From: Candidatus Liptonbacteria bacterium
GTDB taxonomy: Bacteria; Patescibacteriota; Minisyncoccia; UBA6257; JACOXY01
NCBI GenBank assembly: GCA_016182095.1
Contig: JACOXY010000010.1
Span: 334 to 64,333, forward strand
Direction: 5' to 3'
DNA length: 64,000 nucleotides
Each line of letters opens with the position of its first letter. The stretch's first letter is position 1. This document shows, piece by piece, positions 38,424 to 47,726 of this stretch. A model generated the notes under the pieces. That model was given only the letters and a program-made list of their open reading frames with translations. It made no database searches and was not told the DNA's origin. The position numbers and the translations under genes were made by a program.

Positions 38424-40136
38424 ATGGACGAAAAACAAATCAAAAACATCATAGCGCCTTCGGCGATTAAGATTAGCCCCAATAGCGTGAAAATCGGGGA
38501 CAAGTATTTAAAAACCCTGTTTATTTTTTCATTCCCCCGCTATCTTTCTTCGGGCTGGCTGAATCCGATTATAAATTTGCCGGAGCTTTTGGATATGTCT
38601 ATTTTTGTGCATCCGGTTGATACCTCAATTGCCTTGAAAAATTTAATGAAAAAGGCCGCCCAGCTTGAGGCGGAAATAATGGAACACCAAGAAAGTGGAT
38701 TGGTGCGCGATCCAGCGCTAGAAACCGCCTATAAAGACATTGACTCGCTCCGCGATGCCCTACAGCAGGCCAGGGAAAAGCTTTTTAATGTCGGCTTATA
38801 TGTCACAATCTATGCCGACACCGCTGAAAATTTAAACAAGCTGGAAGCAAAGATTACTTCAATGTTTGAGAATAAGCTGGTTTACATTAAAAACGCCGTC
38901 TTTCAGCAAGGCGAGGGCTACACCTCCATTCTGCCTTTGGGCGAAGACAAGTTAAGAATCTACACGCCGTTAAACTCCGGCCCTCTTTCAAGTTTTTTCC
39001 CGTTTATTTCAACGGACCTTACAAGCAATAAAGGCGTAATGTATGGTTTAAACCGCCACAACAGCACGCTCATAATTTTTGACAGGTTTTCTTTAGAGAA
39101 CGCCAACACCGTTATTTTTTCTAAATCCGGCGCGGGAAAATCTTATGCCGCCAAACTTGAAATCTTGAGAATGCTTATGACCGGGGTTGACGTTTTGATT
39201 GTTGATCCGGAAAACGAGTATGAGACGCTCACAAGATCCGTGGGCGGCACGGTGTTTAAAATAGGCCTGCTATCAAAAGACCATATAAACCCCCTGGACA
39301 TCCCGCCAGTGCCCGAAGACGAAAATCCCGGAGAAGTTTTGAAGTCTCACACGCTAAATTTAGCCGGGCTCCTTAAGCTTATGTTAGGCAAAATAAAACC
39401 GGAGGAAGACGCATTGCTAGACCAAGCGATAACCGAAGTTTATGCCGCGAGAGGCATAACGGCCGGTAAAGATTTTGGAGGAATTGAGCCTCCGCGCCTG
39501 CAAGACTTAAGAATAGTTTTGGAAAATATGCAAGGCGGGAGAGATTTAGCCCAGCGCCTCTACAGATTTACCGATGGAAGTTTTGCCGGCTTCGTGAACC
39601 AGCCAACCAATATTAATGTTTCAAATCGCCTTATCGCCTTTTCCATCCGCGATCTGGAGCCGGAATTACGGCCAATTGCCATATATATAATTCTAAACTT
39701 CATTTGGAATATGATCAGATCAAAACTTAAAAAAAGAATTATTGTTTTGGACGAGGCATGGTGGATGATGAAAATAGAGGAAGGAGCGCAATTTCTTTTT
39801 GGACTGGTAAAAAGAGCCAGAAAATATTATCTGGGCGTAACAACCATCACGCAGGACGTGGAAGATTTCATAAATTCTCCGTATGGCAAACCGATTATCA
39901 CCAATTCTTCCCTGCAGTTATTGCTCCAGCAGGCGCCAGCCGCAATAGACGTAGTGGCCAAAACTTTCGCCCTGACAGAAACAGAGAAAAACCTGCTTAT
40001 TGAAGCGGAGGTGGGTCATGGTATATTTTTTGCCGGCCTAAAACACGTCGCCATACAAATTATCCCATCCTTTTTTGAGAATAAAATTATAACCACTAAT
40101 CCCGAGGAAATACTGCAGATGAGGAAAGAAACTTAA
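38424..40136 (+). CDS. VirB4/TraE-like conjugation-type ATPase
   Basis: FDRFSLENAN, KSGAGKS Walker A, VDPENEY, VLDEAW Walker B, KRARKY, ITQDV. Confidence 0.9.
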   Translation: MDEKQIKNIIAPSAIKISPNSVKIGDKYLKTLFIFSFPRYLSSGWLNPIINLPELLDMSIFVHPVDTSIALKNLMKKAAQLEAEIMEHQESGLVRDPALETAYKDIDSLRDALQQAREKLFNVGLYVTIYADTAENLNKLEAKITSMFENKLVYIKNAVFQQGEGYTSILPLGEDKLRIYTPLNSGPLSSFFPFISTDLTSNKGVMYGLNRHNSTLIIFDRFSLENANTVIFSKSGAGKSYAAKLEILRMLMTGVDVLIVDPENEYETLTRSVGGTVFKIGLLSKDHINPLDIPPVPEDENPGEVLKSHTLNLAGLLKLMLGKIKPEEDALLDQAITEVYAARGITAGKDFGGIEPPRLQDLRIVLENMQGGRDLAQRLYRFTDGSFAGFVNQPTNINVSNRLIAFSIRDLEPELRPIAIYIILNFIWNMIRSKLKKRIIVLDEAWWMMKIEEGAQFLFGLVKRARKYYLGVTTITQDVEDFINSPYGKPIITNSSLQLLLQQAPAAIDVVAKTFALTETEKNLLIEAEVGHGIFFAGLKHVAIQIIPSFFENKIITTNPEEILQMRKET

Positions 40137-40178
40137 TATAAATCAAAAACCAAAAATAAAAAATTAAAATTATAGATT

Positions 40179-40214
40179 GTCCCCCACCGCTTTTTTAAAA
40201 AAGCGGTGGGGGAC
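40179..40214. repeat. Perfect 36-bp palindrome nested in A-rich/T-rich 7-nt arms (40138..40252)
   Basis: GTCCCCCACCGCTTTTTTAAAAAAGCGGTGGGGGAC. Confidence 0.8.
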
Positions 40215-40253
40215 TCCATCATATTTGATTTTTAATATTTAATTTTTAATTTA

Positions 40254-40640
40254 ATGAACAAGCCCCATATTTCTCTGCCGGAAGCCATTATAATGCTACT
40301 AATAGCGGCGATGTCTGATGTTTTTGAGCTTTTGGTAACATTGGTTGGGTGGAGCGCGGTAATTATTCCTTATGTTGGCTGGCTTATAACCACGGCGGCG
40401 CCTTTTATAATTTTTTTTGAAAATCTGGTTGTTTTGGCCATAATTCAATTCTGGCTTATAATAAAAGGGGTGCGAAGTTGGATATTCGGAGTTGGCGGGT
40501 TGCTAGATTTTGTTCCTCTGCCGGGCATTAGCGCTTTCAATTTGAAAACTTTATGGTTGGTGGCGCTCATTATACGGGTCAATATGGGCGCGTCGCTTCC
40601 GTTAGTAGGAAAAGTAGCCGGGGCGACGGCAAAGAAATAA
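40254..40640 (+). CDS. Hypothetical membrane protein
   Basis: 128 aa, 3-4 hydrophobic segments. Confidence 0.75.
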   Translation: MNKPHISLPEAIIMLLIAAMSDVFELLVTLVGWSAVIIPYVGWLITTAAPFIIFFENLVVLAIIQFWLIIKGVRSWIFGVGGLLDFVPLPGISAFNLKTLWLVALIIRVNMGASLPLVGKVAGATAKK

Positions 40641-40647
40641 ATATATA

Positions 40648-41418
40648 ATGCGAAAGTACGAATACATTATGCCTATAGCCTGTCGGCTCGGCCGATTAAG
40701 GCGAAATTTGCGAAACCAGCTCAAAGTCCAACCTCGGAAATCTAGGAGTACTTGCTTTATAACAGTTTTAGCCAGCATAGCGTTGCTTATTTTGGCTGTT
40801 TTGCAATTTAGATCGGCTAACGCCCAATCAACCCCGGCCTTTTGGGTTACTTGGGGCGCAGATTCATATGTCCCGGATTATTTTATTGGGAAAGCAATGC
40901 CATCCCGCGCTTCCAACATAACCGTTTCTTTTGAGATTTTAGAAAACGGCAAGCCATTAAGCTTAAGCGGGCAGGAGGTGAGGTGGTTTATAAATAATAC
41001 CATAGCGGCAAAAGGCGTTGCTTTAAAAACTTTTTCATTTCGCGCGGGCGCGAGCGCTCCGCTTGTAAGAATTGAATTGCCTGGATTTAGGGGGGGGGCA
41101 TCTCTCATAAAGTCGTTTCAAATACCCGTAAGAGAGCCGGAGATTGTAATTAAAGCGGCGGGCGTTGCGCAAGCGGGACAAGATATAAGTCTTAGCGCCA
41201 TATCCTATTTTTTCAATATCCAAAATCTGTCAGAACTTTTTTTCACTTGGAAAGTTAACTCTGTCTCTCCGGAGGGAACACCTAAGAATCCGGAACTTTT
41301 GACTATTTCCGTGCCGACGGAGGCAAAAAGCGGGGACAAGATAATAACAGAGGTGTTTGTTGGGACTTATGGATCTTCCCTAAGGGTATCCGGGAGAAAA
41401 ATTTTAACGGTAAAATAA
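40648..41418 (+). CDS. Hypothetical exported protein; N-terminus formed by repeat E; in-frame G9 tract
   Basis: WGADSYVPDYFIGKAMPS motif; signal-like segment; G9 at 41090..41098. Confidence 0.75.
   Translation: MRKYEYIMPIACRLGRLRRNLRNQLKVQPRKSRSTCFITVLASIALLILAVLQFRSANAQSTPAFWVTWGADSYVPDYFIGKAMPSRASNITVSFEILENGKPLSLSGQEVRWFINNTIAAKGVALKTFSFRAGASAPLVRIELPGFRGGASLIKSFQIPVREPEIVIKAAGVAQAGQDISLSAISYFFNIQNLSELFFTWKVNSVSPEGTPKNPELLTISVPTEAKSGDKIITEVFVGTYGSSLRVSGRKILTVK
40669..40706. repeat. REP-like family E, copy 2
   Basis: Identical 38-mer to 26209. Confidence 0.9.
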
Positions 41419-41454
41419 GTTATCCTTCGACAAGATCAGAAAATAAATTTTAGA

Positions 41455-42210
41455 ATGACACAAATGAATACAAATAAAATTATTTCTAAAATACTGCTTA
41501 TTCTAATCGCGGCTTTGGTTCTCGCGGCTCCTTTTGTGGTTTATGTCGCAAGCGCGGCGGAGGGGTATAAAATCACCACCTCTTTGCCGGGCACAGACAT
41601 CATCAAAGGACAAACGGCCAAGGGAATAACTCTCCAGCAATATGTGAGACAGCTTTATCTTTTCTCGTTGGGCATCGTGGGGCTAGTGGCGCTTGCCGCC
41701 ATTACCTATCAGTCGGTCCGTTATATAATGGCCGCCGGAAACGCCTCTAAAATGAGCGACGCCATGGGCGGCGTCCAGGATGCTGTTTTGGGGTTGGTTC
41801 TACTGCTTCTTGCCGCCACAATTCTTGTTTTTATTAATCCCAACCTTGTGAACCTGCGTTCATTTGACGATTATTTACAGCCCATCTCCGGACCACAAGT
41901 TTTACCATGTAACGTTGGCGGGCCTTGTACAACTTTTAGCAGTTGCCCAGGCACCGCAACCGCCTGCAACGCGGATGGCTCATATAACTGTGCCGACAAT
42001 CCCAATGACAATTGCCCTGCGACTAATACTGGCCTATATTATTGTAGAGCAAATACCGTTGACTGCGACAACCTTTTGGTGGGTCCATATAATACAAGCG
42101 CCAGTTGCACGTCGGTGTGCAACTCCGCGCTAATAGAAAGTCAGCCATGCAGCGGCCCGGGAGACAGAATTTTAAGCGGGCCTACTTGCGCCCAGGCGCC
42201 GGCCCCATAA
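41455..42210 (+). CDS. TrbC/VirB2-like pilin with Cys-rich C-terminal extension
   Basis: YIMAAGNASKMSDAMGGVQDAVLGLVLLLLAATILVFINPNL; Cys-rich tail. Confidence 0.8.
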   Translation: MTQMNTNKIISKILLILIAALVLAAPFVVYVASAAEGYKITTSLPGTDIIKGQTAKGITLQQYVRQLYLFSLGIVGLVALAAITYQSVRYIMAAGNASKMSDAMGGVQDAVLGLVLLLLAATILVFINPNLVNLRSFDDYLQPISGPQVLPCNVGGPCTTFSSCPGTATACNADGSYNCADNPNDNCPATNTGLYYCRANTVDCDNLLVGPYNTSASCTSVCNSALIESQPCSGPGDRILSGPTCAQAPAP

Positions 42211-42213
42211 ATT

Positions 42214-43137
42214 ATGAAAAGGCTTTTAGTATTAACTTTAATTTTAGCGGGTTTGATCGCAGCCGGAATAGGCGGTTATTATATCTGGCAGTACTACTCG
42301 GAGACTGTAAGTAATGAACCAAAACCCCCTGATAATAATAACGGCGGAACTACACCGCCCGAAACAACGGGGGTCCCGGTGAGTAAATTCAAATTGGTAA
42401 CCGATGCCGCTCTTCGCGCTTCTTTTGATAAAGGATGGGCTCCTCCGCAATTTCAGGAAAATTGGGTTAGCGCCGATTGGTCGCCCGATTCTTCGCAAGT
42501 TGTTTACTTAGAAACCGTGGGCGGAAAAACAAATCTGGGATTATTCACTCCGTCTAATCTTAAGAGCCAGGCACTTGCTTCGCTCACGCTCCGGGACACG
42601 ACGGTAACATGGCTAAATTCAAACGAAATAATTATCTCCGATAAACCATCTAAAGCAGTCCGGGGGTCGGTTTGGAAATATAAAATTAAGGAAAAGATTT
42701 TTGAGCCGGTCATCACGGAAGAGTTGGGTCCTTGGATTCAATGGGACAAGAATTTTAACGGCGGCATTAAATTTAGTACGAGTCAAGGCGGGACAAGCCC
42801 CCCCACGAAGCTCGAGGCAAGTATTATTGATAACACCGGCAAAGTTGTAAAAATGCTGCCTTTTATAACCTTCCCCGACAAGTGCGTTTTTGAAAATGCC
42901 TTGGTTTTTTGCGCTGTGCCAAATCGCATTCTATCCGGCGCGAATCTGCCAGACGATTATTTAAAAGGCTCTCTTGTTTTATCCGATGCCTTTTTTAGCT
43001 TTAACATAAAAACTGGGGCGGTGGAGTTCCTTGTCGATTCCGAAGGGTCAATTAACGCGACGCGCCTTAAAAAAATCGGCAATAAACTGCTTTTTATGAA
43101 CCACTACGACGATAAGCTTTATGAGATGCGGTTGTAA
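42214..43137 (+). CDS. Membrane-anchored beta-propeller-like hypothetical protein
   Basis: N-terminal TM; DWSPDSSQVVY; TFPDKC..CAVP..LPDDYL. Confidence 0.7.
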   Translation: MKRLLVLTLILAGLIAAGIGGYYIWQYYSETVSNEPKPPDNNNGGTTPPETTGVPVSKFKLVTDAALRASFDKGWAPPQFQENWVSADWSPDSSQVVYLETVGGKTNLGLFTPSNLKSQALASLTLRDTTVTWLNSNEIIISDKPSKAVRGSVWKYKIKEKIFEPVITEELGPWIQWDKNFNGGIKFSTSQGGTSPPTKLEASIIDNTGKVVKMLPFITFPDKCVFENALVFCAVPNRILSGANLPDDYLKGSLVLSDAFFSFNIKTGAVEFLVDSEGSINATRLKKIGNKLLFMNHYDDKLYEMRL

Positions 43138-43168
43138 TCGTTATAGCCGTTCTAACGTTCAAACGTTG
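43131..43168. repeat. CGTT-type tandem arm at the 3' end of the second four-helix-bundle gene
   Basis: GTTGTAATCGTTATAGCCGTTCTAACGTTCAAACGTTG; contains the gene's stop codon. Confidence 0.8.
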
Positions 43169-43544
43169 AAGCAGATAGAGACTTTTCTAATCCCAAAAGC
43201 TTGAAATATTCTTTTTCAAGAAGCGCTTGAAGCGTCTTAACTTCTTCTACTAAAACAAAGTTTTCCTGTAGAGCTATTTTTACACACCCAACACACTCTA
43301 CTGTTGAGCCAATAGATCTTCGTATATATAAAATGAAAGATTTTTTTGTTGGTTGAGCGCTTCCTTCAACAATATTTAACACAATAGAAGTTGCCGCCCT
43401 TTTTAGCTGATTTACTAACGAAAAAAGCTCGTCTTTGGGAAACTTTTTAGTCACTTTATAAATCTCTTTAACAATATCCATTGCTATTCGGTAAACTTCC
43501 AAATTTTCAAAGCGATAATTTTTAAATTTTTTTTCGCTTTCCAT
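43152..43544 (-). CDS. Four-helix-bundle protein (23S rRNA IVP / TIGR02436, Avd-like fold)
   Basis: RFENLEVY, TKKFPKDELFSLVNQLKRAATSIVLNIVEG, SIGSTVEC. Confidence 0.92.
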   Translation of the reverse strand: MESEKKFKNYRFENLEVYRIAMDIVKEIYKVTKKFPKDELFSLVNQLKRAATSIVLNIVEGSAQPTKKSFILYIRRSIGSTVECVGCVKIALQENFVLVEEVKTLQALLEKEYFKLLGLEKSLSASTFER

Positions 43545-43545
43545 G

Positions 43546-43585
43546 CGATTAGAACGCTTAGAACGTCATAACGACTATGGCGACC
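43546..43585. repeat. AACG-type tandem arm at the 5' side of the second four-helix-bundle gene
   Basis: CGATTAGAACGCTTAGAACGTCATAACGACTATGGCGACC; inverted relative to 43131..43168. Confidence 0.8.
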
Positions 43586-43586
43586 G

Positions 43587-44021
43587 CTACACCAGCGTTA
43601 TCACCACATGCCTCTCTTTTCCCATCCCCTCGCTCCCGGTTTTAACTTCCGGATGAACCGCGAGCGCGGTGTGTACCAGTCGCCGCTCGTAGGAATTCAT
43701 TGGCGGCAAAGCGATTGGTTCTTTGGTGGCTATAACTTTTTTGGCGGCCGCCCTGGCAAGCTCCGAAATAATGCGCTCTCTCTCCATCCGATAATTATTG
43801 ACGTCAACAAAAAACGGCGGCTCGTTCTCACGTTTGGCAATAAGCTGGGCCACAATATTAAAATCCTGCACAAAATGACCCAGGTTTTTCTCTATAACCG
43901 GGGTTAGCTCGTCACTAATAAAGATAGAAATCTTCCTTGCTGATTCGTCGCACTTTACGTCCGATTCTTCAAAGCCCATCTGCTCAACAATTTTTTTAAT
44001 TGTGTCGGGTACATTGGTCAT
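43587..44021 (-). CDS. Jag/KhpB-like R3H RNA-binding protein (short form)
   Basis: VDVNNYR, LPPMNSYERRLVHTAL, SEGMGKERHVVI; downstream of yidC. Confidence 0.88.
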   Translation of the reverse strand: MTNVPDTIKKIVEQMGFEESDVKCDESARKISIFISDELTPVIEKNLGHFVQDFNIVAQLIAKRENEPPFFVDVNNYRMERERIISELARAAAKKVIATKEPIALPPMNSYERRLVHTALAVHPEVKTGSEGMGKERHVVITLV

Positions 44022-44147
44022 CCCTCACTCAAGAAGGAGCATTTTCTGCTACTTCTTGTATTAATATTAATTTGATTTAATGTTCAGAATAATCATGGTA
44101 TAACGACTGTTTAATTGATGGCTCACACTCCTTCTTGAGTGAGGGAT
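44020..44147. mobile_element. MITE-like family A, copy 2 (inverted, diverged interior)
   Basis: Same perfect 20-bp TIRs as 4547..4671; TIR end overlaps the jag ATG. Confidence 0.8.
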
Positions 44148-44157
44148 TTTTGATATT

Positions 44158-44877
44158 TTATTTAGATAGCGCTCTATTTATAATATATTGCTGTAAAATT
44201 GAAAAGGCGGTTGTAGATGCCCAATAAAGAGATATGGCCGAGGGAAACCCCCACAATAAAACCAGGGTGATCCCCGGCATCATATAGGTCATATTGCGCG
44301 AGACCTGCTCGGCTGTGCTTAGTTCTTTTTTGCTCTTGCCGTCTTCCGCCGCCTTCGCCGCGGCATATCGTCCTTGAAAATACTGTAAAATAACCGCAAC
44401 GATAATGAGGATAATACTACGTTCGCGCATATTTATCAAGCCCAAAAATATAAAGTTCACTCCATCCCGCAGGGCAATTGATGGGTAAAGGGCCACGAGC
44501 GCTCCGTCTCCCAATCCCCTAAACAGGCCATACATTGCTATGAAAATAGGAAGTTGTAAGAGCAAAAAAAGAAATCCGGAGAAGGGGTTGACCTTGTGTT
44601 CTCTGTATAAATCCAAAAGCGCCTCTGATTGCTTTTGGGTATCGTTTTTGTGCTTTTCTTGAATTTCCTTTATTTTTGGCTGAAGCTTTTGCATTATTGA
44701 CTGGTGATACATTCCCTTATGAAAAAGCGGATAAAGAACAATTCGAACAGCGAGCGTGAGTATAATTATGGCGATGCCAATATCATAAAGGACAAGGTTG
44801 TCATAAATAAAAAACAGGACGACGTAAAGTCCGTTGAATATTGGACGATAGAATATTTCGTAGAGAAAGGAAAACAT
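44158..44877 (-). CDS. yidC: Membrane protein insertase YidC/Oxa1
   Basis: GIAIIILTLAVRIVLYPL, MQKLQPKIKEIQEK, NPFSG..LLQLPIFIAMY, LYW. Confidence 0.93.
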   Translation of the reverse strand: MFSFLYEIFYRPIFNGLYVVLFFIYDNLVLYDIGIAIIILTLAVRIVLYPLFHKGMYHQSIMQKLQPKIKEIQEKHKNDTQKQSEALLDLYREHKVNPFSGFLFLLLQLPIFIAMYGLFRGLGDGALVALYPSIALRDGVNFIFLGLINMRERSIILIIVAVILQYFQGRYAAAKAAEDGKSKKELSTAEQVSRNMTYMMPGITLVLLWGFPSAISLYWASTTAFSILQQYIINRALSK

Positions 44878-44906
44878 ATATATAACGCGAAATTGGCGAA
44901 TCTTTT

Positions 44907-44944
44907 ATGCCTATAGCCTGTCGGCTCGGCCGATTAAGGCGAAA
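44907..44944. repeat. REP-like family E, copy 3, in GCGAA/TTCGC arms (44886..45015)
   Basis: Identical 38-mer to 26209 and 40669. Confidence 0.9.
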
Positions 44945-45014
44945 TTGGCGAAAAGAGTCATTTTGTTTTTTTTATTATTTCGCGTGTTTCGCATACTCAA
45001 TTCGTAGTTTCGCA

Positions 45015-45338
45015 TTATTTTAAAAACTTTAAAATATTGCTGGCTTCTTTTTGTAGGTCTTTTTTTGTTAAATCGTTAACCGCCGGCAATATGGTAATAA
45101 TAACATCTTTGCCGGGTTCTAGGCCCTTGCCGGCAATTCTAATAAATTCATAAACTTTTCTTTTAAGAGAGTTTCTCTTGGGTGCTTTTTTGTTAATTTT
45201 ATTACCCACCACAACGCCAAACCGAGAAAAATTCAGGGCAGATCCCATAATTTTAATAACAAAAAAGTTGTTCCTCACAACTTTTCCCGGCTTTTTATAA
45301 AAATATTGAATTGGAAGGCGATATTTTTTGGCAAGCAT
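45015..45338 (-). CDS. rnpA: Ribonuclease P protein component
   Basis: MLAKKYRL, RFGVVVGNKI.KKAPKRNSLKR; between rpmH and yidC. Confidence 0.9.
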   Translation of the reverse strand: MLAKKYRLPIQYFYKKPGKVVRNNFFVIKIMGSALNFSRFGVVVGNKINKKAPKRNSLKRKVYEFIRIAGKGLEPGKDVIITILPAVNDLTKKDLQKEASNILKFLK

Positions 45339-45394
45339 ATACTAGCTAATAGCCAATAGTTTTACCCTAATGGCCAGACTCTGGTGACCAAGTC

Positions 45395-45535
45395 TTAAAC
45401 TGTCAACCTTTTCCTTCCTTTGGCTCTCCTCGCTTTGAGTACGCGCCTCCCGGTAGCCGCCCTAGATCTCTTTAAAAAGCCGTGGGTCCTGCTTCTTTTC
45501 CTTTTTTTGGGCTGATATGTGCGTTTTGTGGCCAT
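45395..45535 (-). CDS. rpmH: 50S ribosomal protein L34 (absent from ORF track)
   Basis: [46 protein letters not shown]. Confidence 0.96.
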   Translation of the reverse strand: MATKRTYQPKKRKRSRTHGFLKRSRAATGRRVLKARRAKGRKRLTV

Positions 45536-45692
45536 TTTGGTTAATTTTATTTTAGCTCCTAGATTTGAATTAATACTAACATGACATGCGCAAACAGTAA
45601 ACCGTAGAATCGCATGAAAATTAAAGACCGGGGCGTTCGTGTTGTGTGTTTTTTAATTTTAATCTCATAGTCTTGGCTAAAATTAAAAATGC

Positions 45693-45712
45693 TTTTCCAC
45701 AACTAATCCACA
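45693..45712 (+). promoter_or_regulatory. DnaA-box-like sites upstream of dnaA
   Basis: TTTTCCACA (45693), TAATCCACA (45704). Confidence 0.6.
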
Positions 45713-45779
45713 CCTTGTAAAGTATTTGCATTTTGACGCTGGTTACATAAAAATTAAAATTGATTTAAGATTATGTGAT

Positions 45780-45941
45780 AGACCTTTTACGCAATTCCTT
45801 CTCTACTGCAATTTCCATATTTTGGCTGCGGCTTTCCTAAAAATTTCTTGAAATATACCGGTGTATATTCCTTCAAAATTTTTACTTTGCCTCGCTCAAA
45901 ATCTGAAAATTTCGTTACGAAAAGAATTGCGCAAAAGGTCT
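45780..45941. mobile_element. 162-bp MITE-like element G upstream of dnaA
   Basis: 18-bp TIR AGACCTTTTACGCAATTC / GAATTGCGCAAAAGGTCT (1 mismatch); nested hairpin. Confidence 0.7.
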
Positions 45942-46042
45942 GGTATGTGAAAAGATAAATTTGTTAAGCTGTGATCGCCTTTTGATATTTGATAATAAAA
46001 TTAAAATTATATATTCAGGTAACAATATAAAATAAAAACGGA

Positions 46043-47437
46043 ATGGAAAATTTAGAGCAACAAGAACTAACAAAAATTTGGCAGTCGATTTTAAATGAGA
46101 TAGAGCTGCAGTTGCCTAAGGCAAGTTTTGTAACTTGGCTTAAAAACAGCGAGTTGGTTGATAAAAAAGATGGCGTTGCTTACATTGCTTTACCCAACAG
46201 TTTTACAAAGGCCTGGGTGGAAAATAAATACAATAAGATTATTTTAGGCAACATAAGACTGCTGGATGATTCAACTAAAAACATAAAATATTTGGTTAAA
46301 AGCGCCAAATCTTCCGACTTTCCCAAAGACGCCGATAAAAATAACGGCTCAAAAACCGAAACATCCGAAAAACAGCTTGCTTTCCCGGAATTTAAAATTG
46401 ATCCCGAAACCAACCTTAATCCCAAGTATACTTTCGCGACTTACGTAGTTGGCGGTTCAAATGAACTTGCCTATGCCGCCGCCCAGGGGGTTGTTGGCGA
46501 CATCGGCAAAAAATACAATCCTCTTTTTATTTATGGCGGGGTTGGACTCGGCAAAACGCACCTGATGCAATCTGTTGGCAATGAAATAAAAAATGCTTAC
46601 AAAAACCAGGTAAGGGTAAAATACGTAAGCTCGGAAAAGTTCACCAGTGACGTAATAGCCGCGATAAGAGCCAAGCGCGCCGAAGACGTTAAGAAAAAAT
46701 ATCGAGACGTTGATGTTTTGATAATAGACGACATCCAATTCATAGCCGGCAAAGAAAAAACAGAAGAGGAATTTTTTAATACTTTTAATGCTCTTTACGA
46801 GGTTAATAAACAGATTGTTATATCTTCCGATAGGCCGCCAAAAGCCATCCCTGTTTTAGAAGAGAGGCTTCGCTCCCGTTTTGAGGGCGGAATGGTGGTG
46901 GACATCAGCCCCCCGGATTACGAAACAAGAACGGCAATTATAAAAACCAAGCTGCAGCAAAAAAACAAGGAATTGCCCGACTCCGTTATTGACGTTATAG
47001 CCGCAAAAGTAAGAAAAAACATAAGGGAAATAGAGGGCATAGTAAATGTCGTTCTTTTCTATAAAGAACAAAAAAGGGCCGACCTTACGCCGCAGGCAGT
47101 TGAGGAAATTATTAGAAAAAATACCCAACACACCCCGGAAAATATAACTCCGAATCACATTGTAAGAGCTACGGCCAACTTCTTCCAAATTCCTATTGAT
47201 GACTTAATGGGTAAGTGCCGCAGGAAAGAATTTGTAAGGCCTCGGCAGGTTGCAATATATCTTTTGCGCGACATGCTTGATTTATCATATCCGCACATAG
47301 GAGACATTGTGGGGAAAAAGGACCACACCACCGCCATTCACGCCTATGAAAAGATCAATAAAGAATTAAACAAAAACAGCGATTTAAATCAAAAAATAAT
47401 TTTAATCAAAGATATTATTAATAAAAGCAGTGAATAA
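46043..47437 (+). CDS. dnaA: Chromosomal replication initiator DnaA
   Basis: LNPKYTF, YNPLFIYGGVGLGKTHL, LIIDDIQF, RLRSRFEGG, RPRQVAIYL, KDHTTAIHA. Confidence 0.98.
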   Translation: MENLEQQELTKIWQSILNEIELQLPKASFVTWLKNSELVDKKDGVAYIALPNSFTKAWVENKYNKIILGNIRLLDDSTKNIKYLVKSAKSSDFPKDADKNNGSKTETSEKQLAFPEFKIDPETNLNPKYTFATYVVGGSNELAYAAAQGVVGDIGKKYNPLFIYGGVGLGKTHLMQSVGNEIKNAYKNQVRVKYVSSEKFTSDVIAAIRAKRAEDVKKKYRDVDVLIIDDIQFIAGKEKTEEEFFNTFNALYEVNKQIVISSDRPPKAIPVLEERLRSRFEGGMVVDISPPDYETRTAIIKTKLQQKNKELPDSVIDVIAAKVRKNIREIEGIVNVVLFYKEQKRADLTPQAVEEIIRKNTQHTPENITPNHIVRATANFFQIPIDDLMGKCRRKEFVRPRQVAIYLLRDMLDLSYPHIGDIVGKKDHTTAIHAYEKINKELNKNSDLNQKIILIKDIINKSSE

Positions 47438-47726
47438 TAAGTTTATAAGTTTGTTTGTTTATTGATTAATGAGTTTAAAACTTGATATTAATTTTTGTGA
47501 ATAAAACACATAAATTAAAACAGTAAAATACTTATCTTTTTTTATTACGGAAAAATAGACACAATATTAACAGATTAAAAAAATAATCCCGCAATAAAAT
47601 AATTAATTGGTAATAATTTTTATAGGAATAATTTTTATTTTTTTGCTTTTTGAATAATTATCCACATTTCCACATACTAATAATAACTGCAGTAAGTTTT
47701 ATTATATTTAATTTATAAAACATATT
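47438..47726. other. Probable oriC core (AT-rich dnaA-dnaN spacer with DnaA boxes)
   Basis: Very AT-rich; TGTGAATAA 47496, TTATCCACA 47658, adjacent TTTCCACA; further box TGTGGATAA at 48843. Confidence 0.8.

Noticed and set aside
2232-43544. Diversity-generating retroelement suggested by Avd-like genes
   Set aside because: No reverse transcriptase and no TR/VR pair with adenine-specific mismatches seen in the window
26209-44944. CRISPR array from identical 38-bp repeats
   Set aside because: Copies are kilobases apart with no spacer periodicity and no cas genes
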